Of a stretch of 64,000 nucleotides of DNA, positions 10,115-20,310 are shown one piece after another (the first letter of the stretch is position 1; each line of letters starts with the position of its first letter). The notes under the pieces were generated by a model. That model was not told where the DNA came from. It searched no databases and saw only the letters and a program-made list of their open reading frames with translations. The stretch is from assembly GCA_030524205.1 (NCBI GenBank), contig JAUNGZ010000008.1, positions 15,237-79,236 of the forward strand. Reading direction: 5' to 3'. The DNA comes from Eubacteriales bacterium (GTDB lineage: Bacteria > Bacillota > Clostridia > Oscillospirales > Butyricicoccaceae). The position numbers and the translations under genes were made by a program.

Positions 10115-13100
10115 TTGGCAGGCAAACTGATCGACTTATTTGAAAACTGCAAAGAAATTGCGGCCGAACCGCACCTCGCCGGGGGCGAGGTGCGTTCGCT
10201 TGCGTTTGGGGACGACAACACGGTGATGGTGGTCGAGCTGGCGCTGGACGATGTGGTCAGCCGCAAAACGCTTCAAAATGCGGAAAAGCAGCTTGCCGGG
10301 CAGTACGGCCTCGGCCGCGTGTGCATCGAACCGCGATACATACTGCCCGACGGCCCGACCGACGCCTACATCCATACGCTGTATGAGGATATGGCCGAGC
10401 GCATGCCGTCCGCGCGCGGCCTGCTCGACCATACGAAATGGCGCTATGAGGACGGCGGCCTGTCCATTCCGATGGACGAGGTGAGCGAAAAGCACTTCGC
10501 GTCCGCCCTGCGCCATCTGGAAGCGCGCATCCGGCGCGAGCTGGACATCGCCTGTCCCGTGCGCGCGGTGCGCGCCGCGGCGTCGGCGTACGCGCCGCCG
10601 TCGGACGCGCCGGAGCGCGAAGCGCTGCTGCAAGAGGCCGCGCGGCAGGCCGCGTCCGCCGCGCCGAGCGAGCCGAAGCCCAAAAAGACGCGCCCCGCGC
10701 CCCGGCAGGAGAATACCGGCTATCAGCGCCCGCGCGCCGAAAAGGTGCGCGAGGACAACCTGATTTTCGGCAAGCTGATGCAGGACCCGATCGTATCGGT
10801 CAACGAAGCGATTGCGGCCTATGACATGGTCACCGTGCAGGGCGAGGTGTTTTTCACCGACAACAAGGATATTCACAGCAAGAAAACTGGCAAGGACTAC
10901 GTCAAAATCGCGTTCGACATGACCGACCGCACCAATTCGGTGCGCGTTTCCAAATTCCTCGCGGCGGACAAGGCGGGGGATACCGCCTCCAAAATCAAAA
11001 ACGGCCTGTACTGCACGGTGCAGGGCAAAATGGTGTACGACTCCTACGCCAAGGAGATGGTGCTCGAGCCGACCGCCATCGTCAAGGCTAAGAAGCCCGT
11101 CCGGCAGGATACCTACGCGGGCGAAAAGCGCGTCGAGCTGCATCTGCACACCAACATGTCCGCGATGGACGGTATGAGCTCGACCGCGGCGCTTTTGTGC
11201 CGCGCGGCAAGCTGGGGGCATCCCGCGATGGCGATTACCGACCACGGCGTGGCGCAGGCCTTCCCCGAGGCGCTGCACGCGCAGGAGGGCAAGCAGAAAA
11301 GCGTCATCGGCGACATGAAAATCATCTACGGCGTGGAGGCTTATTACGTAAACGACGAGGATACGCTTTCGGTCGTGCGCGGCAAATCGGCCGAGCCGCT
11401 CGACGGCACGTTCATCGTGTTCGATCTGGAGACGACCGGCCTCAACCCCTCCTCGGAGGAGATTACCGAAATCGCGGCCTGCCGCGTGGTCGAGGGCGAA
11501 ATCCGGGACGCGTTTCAGACCTACGTCAACCCGCACAAGCCGATTCCCGAGGAAATCACCAAGCTGACCGGCATTTCGGACGAAACCGTCGCGGACGCGC
11601 CCGAGCTTTCCGAGGCCGTGCCCAAGTTTCTCGCCTGGGCGGGGGAGGGCGCGTATCCCCTCGTCGCGCACAACGCGGGGTTCGATATGGGCTTTCTGCG
11701 CGCGGCGATGAAGCGGCTTGGGCTGGAGCGGGAGCTGACCGCGGTCGACACGCTGGAGATGTCCCGCCTGATGCTGCCGCACTTACATAAATTCAAGCTG
11801 AACATTTTGGCCAAGGAGCTCGCGGTTGGCCCGTTCGAGCACCACCGCGCGAGCGAGGACGCGGCTGTTTTGTCGCGCATTTTCGTCAAGCTGCTCGCGC
11901 GGCTGCGGGATGAATTTCACGCTGTCACCACGGCGGACATCAACCCCGTGCTCGCCGCGCAGACCGACCGCAAAAACAAGCTGAAGAACCTGCCGCGCTA
12001 CCACTTTATCATTCTGGTGAAGAATCAGGCGGGGCTGCGCAATCTCTATCAGCTGATTTCCAAAAGCTTTCTCGAATATTACAACAAGCGCCCGATCATG
12101 CCGCGCAGCGAGCTGATCCGCCACCGCGAGGGGCTGATCTTCGGCTCGGCGTGCGAGGCGGGCGAGGTATTCCGCGCGCTGACCGGCGGCGCGGAGGACG
12201 AGGAGCTTGAGCGCCTTGCGTCGTTTTACGACTATCTGGAGATCCAGCCTGTCGGCAATAACAACTTCATGATCGCCAAAGGGCAGGCGCGCGACGTCGA
12301 GCAGCTGCGCGACTGGAACCGAAAGATCCTCGCCCTTGCGGACAAGCTGGGCAAGCCCTGCTGCGCGACCGGCGACGTGCACTTTTTGGAGCCGGAGGAT
12401 GAGGCCTTCCGCCGCATCCTGATGGCCGGGCAGGGCTTTGGCGACGCGGACAATCAAGCGCCGCTTTACCTGAAAACGACCAATGAAATGCTCGACGAAT
12501 TCGCCTATCTCGGTGCGGACCGCGCGTACGAGGTCGTGGTGAAAAACACCAATCTGGTGGCCGGCTGGTGCGACGCGCTCCGCCCCGTGCCGCGCGAAAA
12601 CTATCCGCCGCATATCGACGGCTGCGAGGACGACCTGCGCAATATGTGCTACGAAAAGGCAAAGCGCATTTACGGCGAGCCGCTGCCCGAGATCGTGCAG
12701 GCGCGGCTCGACCGCGAGCTGAACTCGATCATCGGCAACGGCTACGCGGTCATGTACATCATCGCGCAGAAGCTCGTTACCAAGAGCCTGTCGGACGGCT
12801 ATCTGGTCGGCTCGCGCGGCTCGGTCGGCTCGTCGCTCGCGGCGTTCATGTCGGATATCACCGAGGTAAACTCCCTCGCGCCGCACTACCTCTGTCCGGA
12901 TGATAAATATATCGAGTGGCACGAGGAATACTCCTGCGGCGTCGACCTGCCGGACAAAATCTGCCCGACCTGCGGCAAGCCGCTGACCAAGCAGGGCTTC
13001 AACATCCCGTTTGAGACGTTTTTGGGCTTCGAGGGCGACAAGGTGCCCGATATCGACCTGAATTTTGCGGGCGAGTACCAATCGCGCATCCATAAATACA

Positions 13101-14491
13101 CGGGCGAGCTGTTCGGCGAGGATCATGTGTTCCGCGCGGGCACGATCGGCACGGTCGCGGAAAAAACCGCCTACGGCTACGTGAAAAAATACATGGACGA
13201 GCGCGGCATCGAGGCCACGCGGGCCGAGGAGAACCGCCTTGCCGCGGGCTGCACGGGCGTGCGCCGCACCTCGGGCCAGCACCCGGGCGGCATCGTCGTG
13301 GTGCCGCAGGAGGTCGAGATTTACGATTTCTGTCCGGTGCAGCACCCGGCGGACGACCCGGATTCCGACATCATCACCACGCATTTTGAATACCACTCGA
13401 TCGACGCGAATCTTTTGAAGCTCGACGAGCTGGGGCACGACGATCCGACGATGATCAAGCATTTGGAAAATCTGACCGGCGTCAACGCACAGGAGATCCC
13501 GCTCGACGACCCGGAGACGATGAGCCTGTTCCACTCGTGCAAGGCGCTGCGCTACACGGGCGACAACCCGGAGACCGATTCCATTCTGGGCGATCTGGGC
13601 TGTGTGGCCGTGCCCGAGTTCGGCACCAAATTCGTGCGCGGCATGGTCAAGGAAACCCATCCGTCCACCTTTGCGGAGCTGGTGTCCATTTCCGGCCTGT
13701 CCCACGGCACGGACGTTTGGCTGGGCAACGCCTCCGAGCTGGTGCGGCAGGGCGTGCCGCTGTCCGGCTGCATCTGCTGCCGCGACGATATTATGAACTA
13801 TCTGATTTTGCAGGGCGTTCAGCCCAAGCTGTCGTTTAAGACGATGGAATCCGTCCGCAAGGGCAAGGGGCTGACCGAGGAGATGGAAGCCGCCATGCGC
13901 GGGCAGAACGTGCCCGATTGGTACATCGACTCGTGCAAAAAGATTAAATACATGTTCCCAAAGGCGCACGCGGTCGCGTATGTCATGATGGCGTTCCGCA
14001 TCGCGTGGTTCAAGGTGCACAAGCCGCTGGCGTTTTACTCGGCGTACTTTTCCGTGCGCGCCAAGGGGTTTGACGCGTCCTGCATGGTGCGGGGCGACAA
14101 GGTCTGCATCGACAAAATGAAGGAATTGCAGATGAAGGACCGTGAAAAGACGATTACCGCGGCGGAAAAGGAAATGATGACCACGCTCGAGGTGTGCCAC
14201 GAGTTTTACCGCCGCGGCTTTGCCTTCGAGCCGATGGACATTTACGCTTCGGACGCGACGACCTTCCTCGTCACCGAAACCGGTCTGATCCCGCCGTTTA
14301 CCTCGATGCCCGGCATCGGCGAGCAGGCCGCGCTGAATATCGTGGAAGAACGGAAAAACGGAAAATTCCTCTCGGCGGAGGAGCTGACCGTGCGCTGTCC
14401 CAAGGCGTCCAAGGCGGTGGTTGAGCTGCTGGATCAGATCGGCGCGCTCGGCTCCATGCCCAGAACGACGCAGATCAGCCTGTTCGCATAA
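10115..14491 (+). CDS. polC: DNA polymerase III PolC-type alpha subunit
   Basis: ELHLHT PHP domain, FDLETTG exonuclease, GSRGSVGSS, VPDIDLNF, FPKAHA. Confidence 0.95.
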   Translation: MAGKLIDLFENCKEIAAEPHLAGGEVRSLAFGDDNTVMVVELALDDVVSRKTLQNAEKQLAGQYGLGRVCIEPRYILPDGPTDAYIHTLYEDMAERMPSARGLLDHTKWRYEDGGLSIPMDEVSEKHFASALRHLEARIRRELDIACPVRAVRAAASAYAPPSDAPEREALLQEAARQAASAAPSEPKPKKTRPAPRQENTGYQRPRAEKVREDNLIFGKLMQDPIVSVNEAIAAYDMVTVQGEVFFTDNKDIHSKKTGKDYVKIAFDMTDRTNSVRVSKFLAADKAGDTASKIKNGLYCTVQGKMVYDSYAKEMVLEPTAIVKAKKPVRQDTYAGEKRVELHLHTNMSAMDGMSSTAALLCRAASWGHPAMAITDHGVAQAFPEALHAQEGKQKSVIGDMKIIYGVEAYYVNDEDTLSVVRGKSAEPLDGTFIVFDLETTGLNPSSEEITEIAACRVVEGEIRDAFQTYVNPHKPIPEEITKLTGISDETVADAPELSEAVPKFLAWAGEGAYPLVAHNAGFDMGFLRAAMKRLGLERELTAVDTLEMSRLMLPHLHKFKLNILAKELAVGPFEHHRASEDAAVLSRIFVKLLARLRDEFHAVTTADINPVLAAQTDRKNKLKNLPRYHFIILVKNQAGLRNLYQLISKSFLEYYNKRPIMPRSELIRHREGLIFGSACEAGEVFRALTGGAEDEELERLASFYDYLEIQPVGNNNFMIAKGQARDVEQLRDWNRKILALADKLGKPCCATGDVHFLEPEDEAFRRILMAGQGFGDADNQAPLYLKTTNEMLDEFAYLGADRAYEVVVKNTNLVAGWCDALRPVPRENYPPHIDGCEDDLRNMCYEKAKRIYGEPLPEIVQARLDRELNSIIGNGYAVMYIIAQKLVTKSLSDGYLVGSRGSVGSSLAAFMSDITEVNSLAPHYLCPDDKYIEWHEEYSCGVDLPDKICPTCGKPLTKQGFNIPFETFLGFEGDKVPDIDLNFAGEYQSRIHKYTGELFGEDHVFRAGTIGTVAEKTAYGYVKKYMDERGIEATRAEENRLAAGCTGVRRTSGQHPGGIVVVPQEVEIYDFCPVQHPADDPDSDIITTHFEYHSIDANLLKLDELGHDDPTMIKHLENLTGVNAQEIPLDDPETMSLFHSCKALRYTGDNPETDSILGDLGCVAVPEFGTKFVRGMVKETHPSTFAELVSISGLSHGTDVWLGNASELVRQGVPLSGCICCRDDIMNYLILQGVQPKLSFKTMESVRKGKGLTEEMEAAMRGQNVPDWYIDSCKKIKYMFPKAHAVAYVMMAFRIAWFKVHKPLAFYSAYFSVRAKGFDASCMVRGDKVCIDKMKELQMKDREKTITAAEKEMMTTLEVCHEFYRRGFAFEPMDIYASDATTFLVTETGLIPPFTSMPGIGEQAALNIVEERKNGKFLSAEELTVRCPKASKAVVELLDQIGALGSMPRTTQISLFA

Positions 14492-14513
14492 CGCCGGAAA
14501 GGATAGGATAGAC

Positions 14514-14858
14514 ATGGCAAAATACGAAAAACAGCTGACCGGAGATTTTGATGCCGTGCTGAACCGCCTGTTTGATGCGGTGATGAACGGCAGTATGTCC
14601 GCTTCCTATGAGGATGGGAGCGATTGGGAAGCGAACGGCGTGCGCTGCGCGGTGCGCGTGTTCGAGCGGTACAGCTGGATGGGCGGCAACCGCGTGAGCA
14701 TGAACCTGACGCTTGCCGGGCACGGCAGCGACCTGTTCCTGTCCGCGATCACCTCGGGAGGCAGTCAGGCGATGTTCTGGAAGGTGAACACCATGGGGGA
14801 GGAGAGCTTTCTGGAGACGCTGGTGCCGGTCGCGGAGGAGTACGCGGCGGGGAGGTAA
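14514..14858 (+). CDS. conserved hypothetical protein (DUF6054-like)
   Basis: VFERYS..NRVS and AITSGGSQAMF motifs; RBS upstream. Confidence 0.7.
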   Translation: MAKYEKQLTGDFDAVLNRLFDAVMNGSMSASYEDGSDWEANGVRCAVRVFERYSWMGGNRVSMNLTLAGHGSDLFLSAITSGGSQAMFWKVNTMGEESFLETLVPVAEEYAAGR

Positions 14859-14864
14859 GGCATC

Positions 14865-15605
14865 GTGGACGACTTGTTTTTGAGCGAAATCCGGCTGGAA
14901 AAGCCGGTTCCGGCAGAGGACTATTTGGCCGCGCTGCCGGTCGTACGGCATCTGCGGCACACGCCGCTTCGGTTTGGCGGACGGGTGACGCTGCTCGTCG
15001 GTGAAAACGGCGTGGGCAAGTCGACGCTGGTGGAGGCCGCCGCGGTCGGCATGGGTTTCAACGCGGAGGGCGGCACGCGCAATTTCAGCTTTTCCACGGC
15101 GGAAACCCATTCCGCGCTGTACCGCTATTTGAATTTTGTGCGCGGGCCTTACCGCCCGCGGGACGGCTTTTTCCTCCGCGCGGAGAGCTTCTATAACGTC
15201 GCCTCCTATGTGGACGCTGTGGACGACGGCACGCTTTTGCGCAGCTACGGCGGGAAATCGCTGCACGATCAGTCGCATGGGGAGAGCTTCCTGTCGCTGG
15301 TGCGCAGCCGCTTCGGCGGGCGCGGCTTTTATATTCTGGACGAGCCGGAGGCCGCGCTGTCGCCCGCGTCCCAGCTGGAGCTGCTCGCGCATATCCGCCG
15401 GTTGGAGCGGGACGGCTCGCAGCTTCTGATCGCCACGCACTCCCCGATCCTGATGACCTATCCGGGCGCGGAACTGCTGGAGATCAGCGTGGAGGGCGTG
15501 CGCAAGGCCGATTACCGCGACACCGCGCATTATCAGCTCACGCGGCGCATGCTCGAAAATCCGGCGCGCATGTACCGCCTGCTGTTCGAGGAAAACGGGG
15601 AATAG
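14865..15605 (+). CDS. predicted ATPase (COG3910 / AAA_21 type)
   Basis: GENGVGKST, FFLRAESF, QSHGESF, LDEPEAALSP. Confidence 0.85.
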   Translation: MDDLFLSEIRLEKPVPAEDYLAALPVVRHLRHTPLRFGGRVTLLVGENGVGKSTLVEAAAVGMGFNAEGGTRNFSFSTAETHSALYRYLNFVRGPYRPRDGFFLRAESFYNVASYVDAVDDGTLLRSYGGKSLHDQSHGESFLSLVRSRFGGRGFYILDEPEAALSPASQLELLAHIRRLERDGSQLLIATHSPILMTYPGAELLEISVEGVRKADYRDTAHYQLTRRMLENPARMYRLLFEENGE

Positions 15606-15608
15606 GGG

Positions 15609-15654
15609 TTGACAAAGCGGGAAGGCCATGTTATCATTTTAACGCGATAAAGCA
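15609..15654 (+). promoter_or_regulatory. his operon promoter with candidate HisR-type operator
   Basis: TTGACA-17-TATCAT with TG extension; imperfect palindrome CATTTTAACGCGATAAAGCA (15635-15654). Confidence 0.6.
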
Positions 15655-15673
15655 ATGAAGGAGTACGGAACAC

Positions 15674-17308
15674 ATGAACCGTTTCAGCATTTCCACGCCC
15701 GAGGGCACGCGCGACCTTTTGTTTGCGTCCTGCCGCGCGCTGCGGCAGACCGAAAGCGCCATCCGCGCGTCTCTGGAGGACTGCGGCTTCAGCGAGATCA
15801 TCACGCCCGCCGTCGAGTATTACGACGTGTTCGCGCAGGCCAACCCCGAGCTCGATCAGGAAAATATGCTCAAGATCATCGACCGTTCGGGCCGCATCTG
15901 CGTCGCCCGGCCGGACAATACCACCCCCATCGCCCGCATCGCGGCGACAAGGCTGGACGATGCGGCGCTGCCCGTGCGGCTGTATTACAGCCAGAAGGTG
16001 TTTCGCTCGGTTACGGGCGGCCACGGACATAAGGGCGAGTTTTTGCAGATCGGCGCGGAACTGATCGGCGCGGACGGTCTGGACGCCGACCGCGATATCC
16101 TGTCCGCCGCGTTCGGCGCGCTTTCCGGCACCGGAGCGGAAAATTTCCGCATCGAGCTGGGACACGCGGAGATTTATAAGGCGCTGATCGAGGAGCTTGG
16201 CGTGGACGCCGCCTCGGCCGAGGCGATCCGCCGCTTGATTGAGAATAAGTCCTTCGCCGCCTTGGGCGACGCGCTCGCACCGTATAAGGACCGCCCGGCG
16301 GCGCGCGCTTTGGGCGCGATGCCGCAGCTTTTCGGCGGCATGGAGGTGCTCGACGCGGTCGAGTCGCTCACCGGCAACGTGCGCGTTTTGGGCGCGGTCT
16401 CCTATCTGCGCCGCTTGTATCAGGCGCTGGACGCGGCGGGCTGCGGCGGCCGAATCATGATCGACCTCGGCCTTGTGCATGAAATGGATTATTACACGGG
16501 CGTGATGTTCCGCGGCTATATCGGCGGCGCGGGCGCGGCGATCCTGTCGGGCGGGCGCTACAACGCGCTGTGCGCCAAATTCGGCAGGGATCTGCCCGCG
16601 GGCGGCTTCGGCATCGATGTGGAGAGCGTCGCGGACAGCCTGCAGGGCGCTTTGCGGCCGGAGGCGGCCACCCGCCGCGGCACGGTGCGCATCGCGCTGA
16701 CCAAGGGCCGGCTGGAGAAGAAAACGCTCGCGCTGCTCAAAAATGCGGGCTACGATATCTCCGAGCTCGAAGCCGGCTCGCGCAAGCTGATCTTCACCCT
16801 GCCGGACGCGGGAATCGAGATTGTCTTGGCTAAGGCGGCGGACGTGATCACCTACGTCGAGCACGGCGTGTGCGACATGGGCGTGGTCGGCAAGGACACG
16901 ATCATGGAAAAGGGCGGCAGCTTTTACGAGATGGTCGACCTCGGCTTCGGCAAATGCCGCTTTGCGCTTGCCACTAAGAAGGGCAAGGACGTGTACGGCG
17001 GTTACAAAACGCCGGTCATCGCAACCAAATATCCGGAGGTCACCAAGGCGTTCTTTACCAAGAAAAACATGGACGTGGAGACGATCAAGATCGAAGGCTC
17101 GGTTGAGCTTGCGCCGCTTTTGGAGCTGGCCGACGCGATCGTCGACATCGTCGAGACTGGCACAACGCTCAAGGAAAACGGCCTTGAGGTGATCGAGGAC
17201 GTCGCGCCCATCTCGGCGCGCGTGATCGTCAACCTTGCCAGCGCAAAAATGAAGAAAACCGCCATCCAGAAGGTGATTTCCGAGTTGGAAAGCGGTTTGG
17301 AGGGATAA
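15674..17308 (+). CDS. hisZ-hisG: ATP phosphoribosyltransferase, fused regulatory subunit HisZ plus short catalytic HisG
   Basis: N-terminal TPEGTRD, RPDNTTPIAR, YYTGVMF, GGRY (HisZ); C-terminal RIALTKGR, DVITYVEHG, IATKYP, GSVELAP, DIVETGTTL (HisG); one open frame. Confidence 0.9.
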   Translation: MNRFSISTPEGTRDLLFASCRALRQTESAIRASLEDCGFSEIITPAVEYYDVFAQANPELDQENMLKIIDRSGRICVARPDNTTPIARIAATRLDDAALPVRLYYSQKVFRSVTGGHGHKGEFLQIGAELIGADGLDADRDILSAAFGALSGTGAENFRIELGHAEIYKALIEELGVDAASAEAIRRLIENKSFAALGDALAPYKDRPAARALGAMPQLFGGMEVLDAVESLTGNVRVLGAVSYLRRLYQALDAAGCGGRIMIDLGLVHEMDYYTGVMFRGYIGGAGAAILSGGRYNALCAKFGRDLPAGGFGIDVESVADSLQGALRPEAATRRGTVRIALTKGRLEKKTLALLKNAGYDISELEAGSRKLIFTLPDAGIEIVLAKAADVITYVEHGVCDMGVVGKDTIMEKGGSFYEMVDLGFGKCRFALATKKGKDVYGGYKTPVIATKYPEVTKAFFTKKNMDVETIKIEGSVELAPLLELADAIVDIVETGTTLKENGLEVIEDVAPISARVIVNLASAKMKKTAIQKVISELESGLEG

Positions 17309-17310
17309 CG

Positions 17311-18612
17311 ATGTTTCTGAAAACCGTCGTCGCGGACGGGCGGGCCGAAACCGCCCTGCTCCGCGAGATGCAGGCGCGCGCCGCGGGCGCGCGCGGCGAT
17401 ATCGAACAGACCGTGCGCACCATCATGGACGACGTGCGTGCGCGCGGGCTGGACGCGGTAAACGAATACGCCGAAAAATTCGACGGGCAGAAGCCCTATC
17501 TCGTCGGGCGGGAGCTGCTTGAGCAGGCGTACAGTGCCTGCGACCCCCAATTACTTGCCGCGTTAGAAAAGGCGGCGGCGAATATCCGCGACTATCATGA
17601 GCAGATGCTGGTGAAAAGCTGGGAGTGGAACCGGTCGGCGGGCGAAACGCTCGGCCAGACCGTGCGCGGGCTTTCGCGCGTCGGCCTGTACGTGCCGGGC
17701 GGCACGGCGGCCTATCCGTCAAGCGTTTTGATGAACGCCATTCCGGCCAAGGTCGCGGGCGTTGCCGAGCTGATCATGGTCACCCCGCCGACCGAGAATA
17801 TGAGCAAAGAGGTGCTCGCCGCCGCCAAGATCGCAGGCGTGGACACGGTCGTCGCCGTCGGCGGCGTGCAGGCCATTGCCGCGCTGACCTACGGCGCGGG
17901 CTTCATTCCGCAGGTGGATAAAATCGTCGGTCCGGGCAACGCCTATGTCGCGGCGGCGAAAAAAATAGCGTTCGGCACGGTAGATATCGACATGATCGCG
18001 GGACCGAGCGAGGTGCTCGTCATTGCCGACCACACCGCCAACCCGACGTATGTCGCGGCGGATTTGCTTTCTCAGGCGGAACATGATAAACTGGCGTCAG
18101 CCGTATTGCTGACCGACTCGATGGCGCAGGCGCAGGCCGTTTCCTGTGAAATGGAGCGGCAGGCGAGGGAACTGCCGCGCTTTGAGATCGTCAAAGAGAG
18201 TGTGGGAAATTATGGCTGCGCCATTGTGGTGGAGGAGCTGACGGACGCTTGCAGGCTGGCCGATTTGGTCGCGCCTGAGCATTTGGAGGTCGTCACCGCC
18301 GCGCCGCGCGAGCTGCTGCCGCACCTGCACAACGCGGGCGCGATCTTTCTCGGGCAGTACGCGCCCGAGCCGCTCGGCGACTATATGGCCGGACCGTGCC
18401 ATGTGCTGCCCACCTCGGGCACCGCGCGGTTCTTTTCGCCGCTGTCGACCGATACCTTCCTCAAAAAAACCAGCGTGATCGAATACACGCGGGACGCGCT
18501 CGCCGCCTACGCGGACGATATCGTCGCGCTGGCCGAGGCCGAGCACTTAAACGCGCACGCAAACTCAATCGCAGTGCGCTTTCAGGAGGATGCTGACGAT
18601 GCGCAAGGCTGA
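17311..18612 (+). CDS. hisD: histidinol dehydrogenase
   Basis: YVPGGTAAYPSSVLM, IDMIAGPSE, DLLSQAEH, APEHLE. Confidence 0.95.
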   Translation: MFLKTVVADGRAETALLREMQARAAGARGDIEQTVRTIMDDVRARGLDAVNEYAEKFDGQKPYLVGRELLEQAYSACDPQLLAALEKAAANIRDYHEQMLVKSWEWNRSAGETLGQTVRGLSRVGLYVPGGTAAYPSSVLMNAIPAKVAGVAELIMVTPPTENMSKEVLAAAKIAGVDTVVAVGGVQAIAALTYGAGFIPQVDKIVGPGNAYVAAAKKIAFGTVDIDMIAGPSEVLVIADHTANPTYVAADLLSQAEHDKLASAVLLTDSMAQAQAVSCEMERQARELPRFEIVKESVGNYGCAIVVEELTDACRLADLVAPEHLEVVTAAPRELLPHLHNAGAIFLGQYAPEPLGDYMAGPCHVLPTSGTARFFSPLSTDTFLKKTSVIEYTRDALAAYADDIVALAEAEHLNAHANSIAVRFQEDADDAQG

Positions 18613-19174
18613 AATCAAACGCAAAACCAAGGAAACCGATATCGAGCTGGCGCTTGATCTCGACGGCGGCGCACGCGAGATCGACACCGGCATTGGCTTT
18701 TTCGACCACATGCTGAACTCCTTTGCCGTGCACGGGGGCTTCGGGCTGACGCTTACCTGCAAGGGCGATCTGGAGGTCGACGGCCACCACACGGTAGAGG
18801 ACTGCGGCATCGCGCTCGGGCAGGCGCTCGCCCGGTGTCTGGGCGACAAGGCGGGCGTCGCGCGCTTCGGCGAGGCGTATGTGCCGATGGACGAAGCGCT
18901 CGGCTTCTGCGCGCTGGACATCTCGGGCAGGCCGTATCTCGTGCTCGACGCGCCCATGCCCCAGCCCATGTGCGGAACGTACGACACCTGCCTGACGGTA
19001 GAGTTTATGCGCGCGCTGGCGGTTAATGCAGGGCTGACTCTGCATCTCAAAGCCGTATACGGCGACAACGCGCACCACATCACCGAAGCGCTGTTTAAGG
19101 CGCTCGCCCGCGCGCTGAAGCAGGCCGTCCGGCAGACGGGCGGCGGCGTGCTGAGCGCCAAAGGCGTACTGTGA
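18599..19174 (+). CDS. hisB: imidazoleglycerol-phosphate dehydratase (monofunctional)
   Basis: RKTKETDI, FFDHML, DGHHTVED, NAHHITEA. Confidence 0.95.
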   Translation: MRKAEIKRKTKETDIELALDLDGGAREIDTGIGFFDHMLNSFAVHGGFGLTLTCKGDLEVDGHHTVEDCGIALGQALARCLGDKAGVARFGEAYVPMDEALGFCALDISGRPYLVLDAPMPQPMCGTYDTCLTVEFMRALAVNAGLTLHLKAVYGDNAHHITEALFKALARALKQAVRQTGGGVLSAKGVL

Positions 19175-19542
19175 TGGGCAGGCTTCTTGCCGTGGGGCTG
19201 GGCGGAGCGGTGGGCGCGCTCGGCCGGTACGGCGTCAGTCTGCTGCCGCTCAAAAGCGCCTTCCCGGTCCTGACGCTGCTGACGAATTTTTTTGGCGCGC
19301 TGCTGATCGGTCTGATCGTCGGTCTGGCGGAGGACGGGTCTTGGAAGGCGGACACTGTGCTGTTTTGGAAAACCGGCGTGTGCGGCGGCTTCACCACCTT
19401 CTCCACTTTTTCGCTGGAAGCGCTGACGCTGCTGGAAACCGGACATGCGGCACAGGGCGCGGCCTACGCGGCGGCGAGCGTCGCGCTTTGCGTGCTTGGC
19501 GTTTGGCTGGGTCGTGCCGCAGGACGAATGGTGCGCGGGTGA
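19174..19542 (+). CDS. crcB: fluoride channel Fluc
   Basis: GGAVGALGRY, TLLTN, GVCGGFTTFSTFSLE. Confidence 0.9.
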   Translation: MGRLLAVGLGGAVGALGRYGVSLLPLKSAFPVLTLLTNFFGALLIGLIVGLAEDGSWKADTVLFWKTGVCGGFTTFSTFSLEALTLLETGHAAQGAAYAAASVALCVLGVWLGRAAGRMVRG

Positions 19543-19544
19543 AC

Positions 19545-19680
19545 GCTTGAAAAAGCTGCCGGCGGCAGGTTTTTCACCGCTCAGCGGGTGTTTGCGGCCT
19601 TAGCAAACGCCCGGAAAGGCACGTGCCCCATGCAGGAGCGCATTTACCACGGGCAGCGGCGCACTAACGTGCGCCGTAAG
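19545..19680. repeat. intergenic hairpin cluster between crcB and hisH
   Basis: three GC-rich stems, e.g. TGAAAAAGCTGCC/GGCAGGTTTTTCA and CGGCGCAC/GTGCGCCG. Confidence 0.45.
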
Positions 19681-19692
19681 TAAGGAGAAAAA

Positions 19693-20310
19693 ATGAGTTA
19701 TATCGCAATCGTAGATTACGGGGCCGGAAACCTGATGAGCGTGCACAACTCTCTCGATTTTCTGGGCTACGAAAACAGAATAGCCGACCGTCCGGAGACG
19801 ATCCGAAACGCCGCGGGCGTTATCCTGCCCGGTGTGGGCGCGTTTCCGGACGCAATGGGCGCGCTGCACCGCTCCGGGCTGACGGACGCGGTGCTGGAAG
19901 CGGCGCGGGAGAAACCGTTTCTCGGCATCTGCCTCGGCATGCAGATGCTGTTTGAGGAATCGGACGAGGTGCGCCTCTGCGCGGGGCTCGGCCTGCTGCC
20001 CGGCCGCATCGAGCGCATTCCAACCGGCCTGAAATTGCCGCAGATCGGATGGAACGCGCTCGAAATCGTGCGCCCGAACGCAATGACGGCAGGGCTGCGC
20101 CAAGGCGACTATGTGTATTTTGTGCACAGCCTGATGGCCAAGCCCAAAAACCCGAACGACCTTGCCTGCGCGGTGGACTACGGCGCGCGCGTGCCCGCCA
20201 TGGTGGCGCGCGGGAATCTGTTCGGATGTCAGTTCCACCCGGAAAAAAGCGGGAAAGTGGGGCTGAAGATGCTTCAAAACTTTGCAAAATTAACGGAGGT
20301 GGGAAAATGA
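19693..20310 (+). CDS. hisH: imidazole glycerol phosphate synthase glutaminase subunit
   Basis: DYGAGNL, LPGVGAF, GICLGMQ, QFHPEKS. Confidence 0.95.
   Translation: MSYIAIVDYGAGNLMSVHNSLDFLGYENRIADRPETIRNAAGVILPGVGAFPDAMGALHRSGLTDAVLEAAREKPFLGICLGMQMLFEESDEVRLCAGLGLLPGRIERIPTGLKLPQIGWNALEIVRPNAMTAGLRQGDYVYFVHSLMAKPKNPNDLACAVDYGARVPAMVARGNLFGCQFHPEKSGKVGLKMLQNFAKLTEVGK

Noticed and set aside
10115-14491. possible intein or extra domain in PolC
   Set aside because: Length and domain order are normal; the Ala/Pro/Lys stretch is the usual N-terminal linker and no splicing motifs are seen
11783-14515. 910-aa antisense ORF, and similar long ones (10136-11782, 27086-29518, 30798-32660, 43578-45119, 52000-53628)
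   Set aside because: Mirror frames of strongly codon-biased GC-rich genes; no motifs, RBS or promoters
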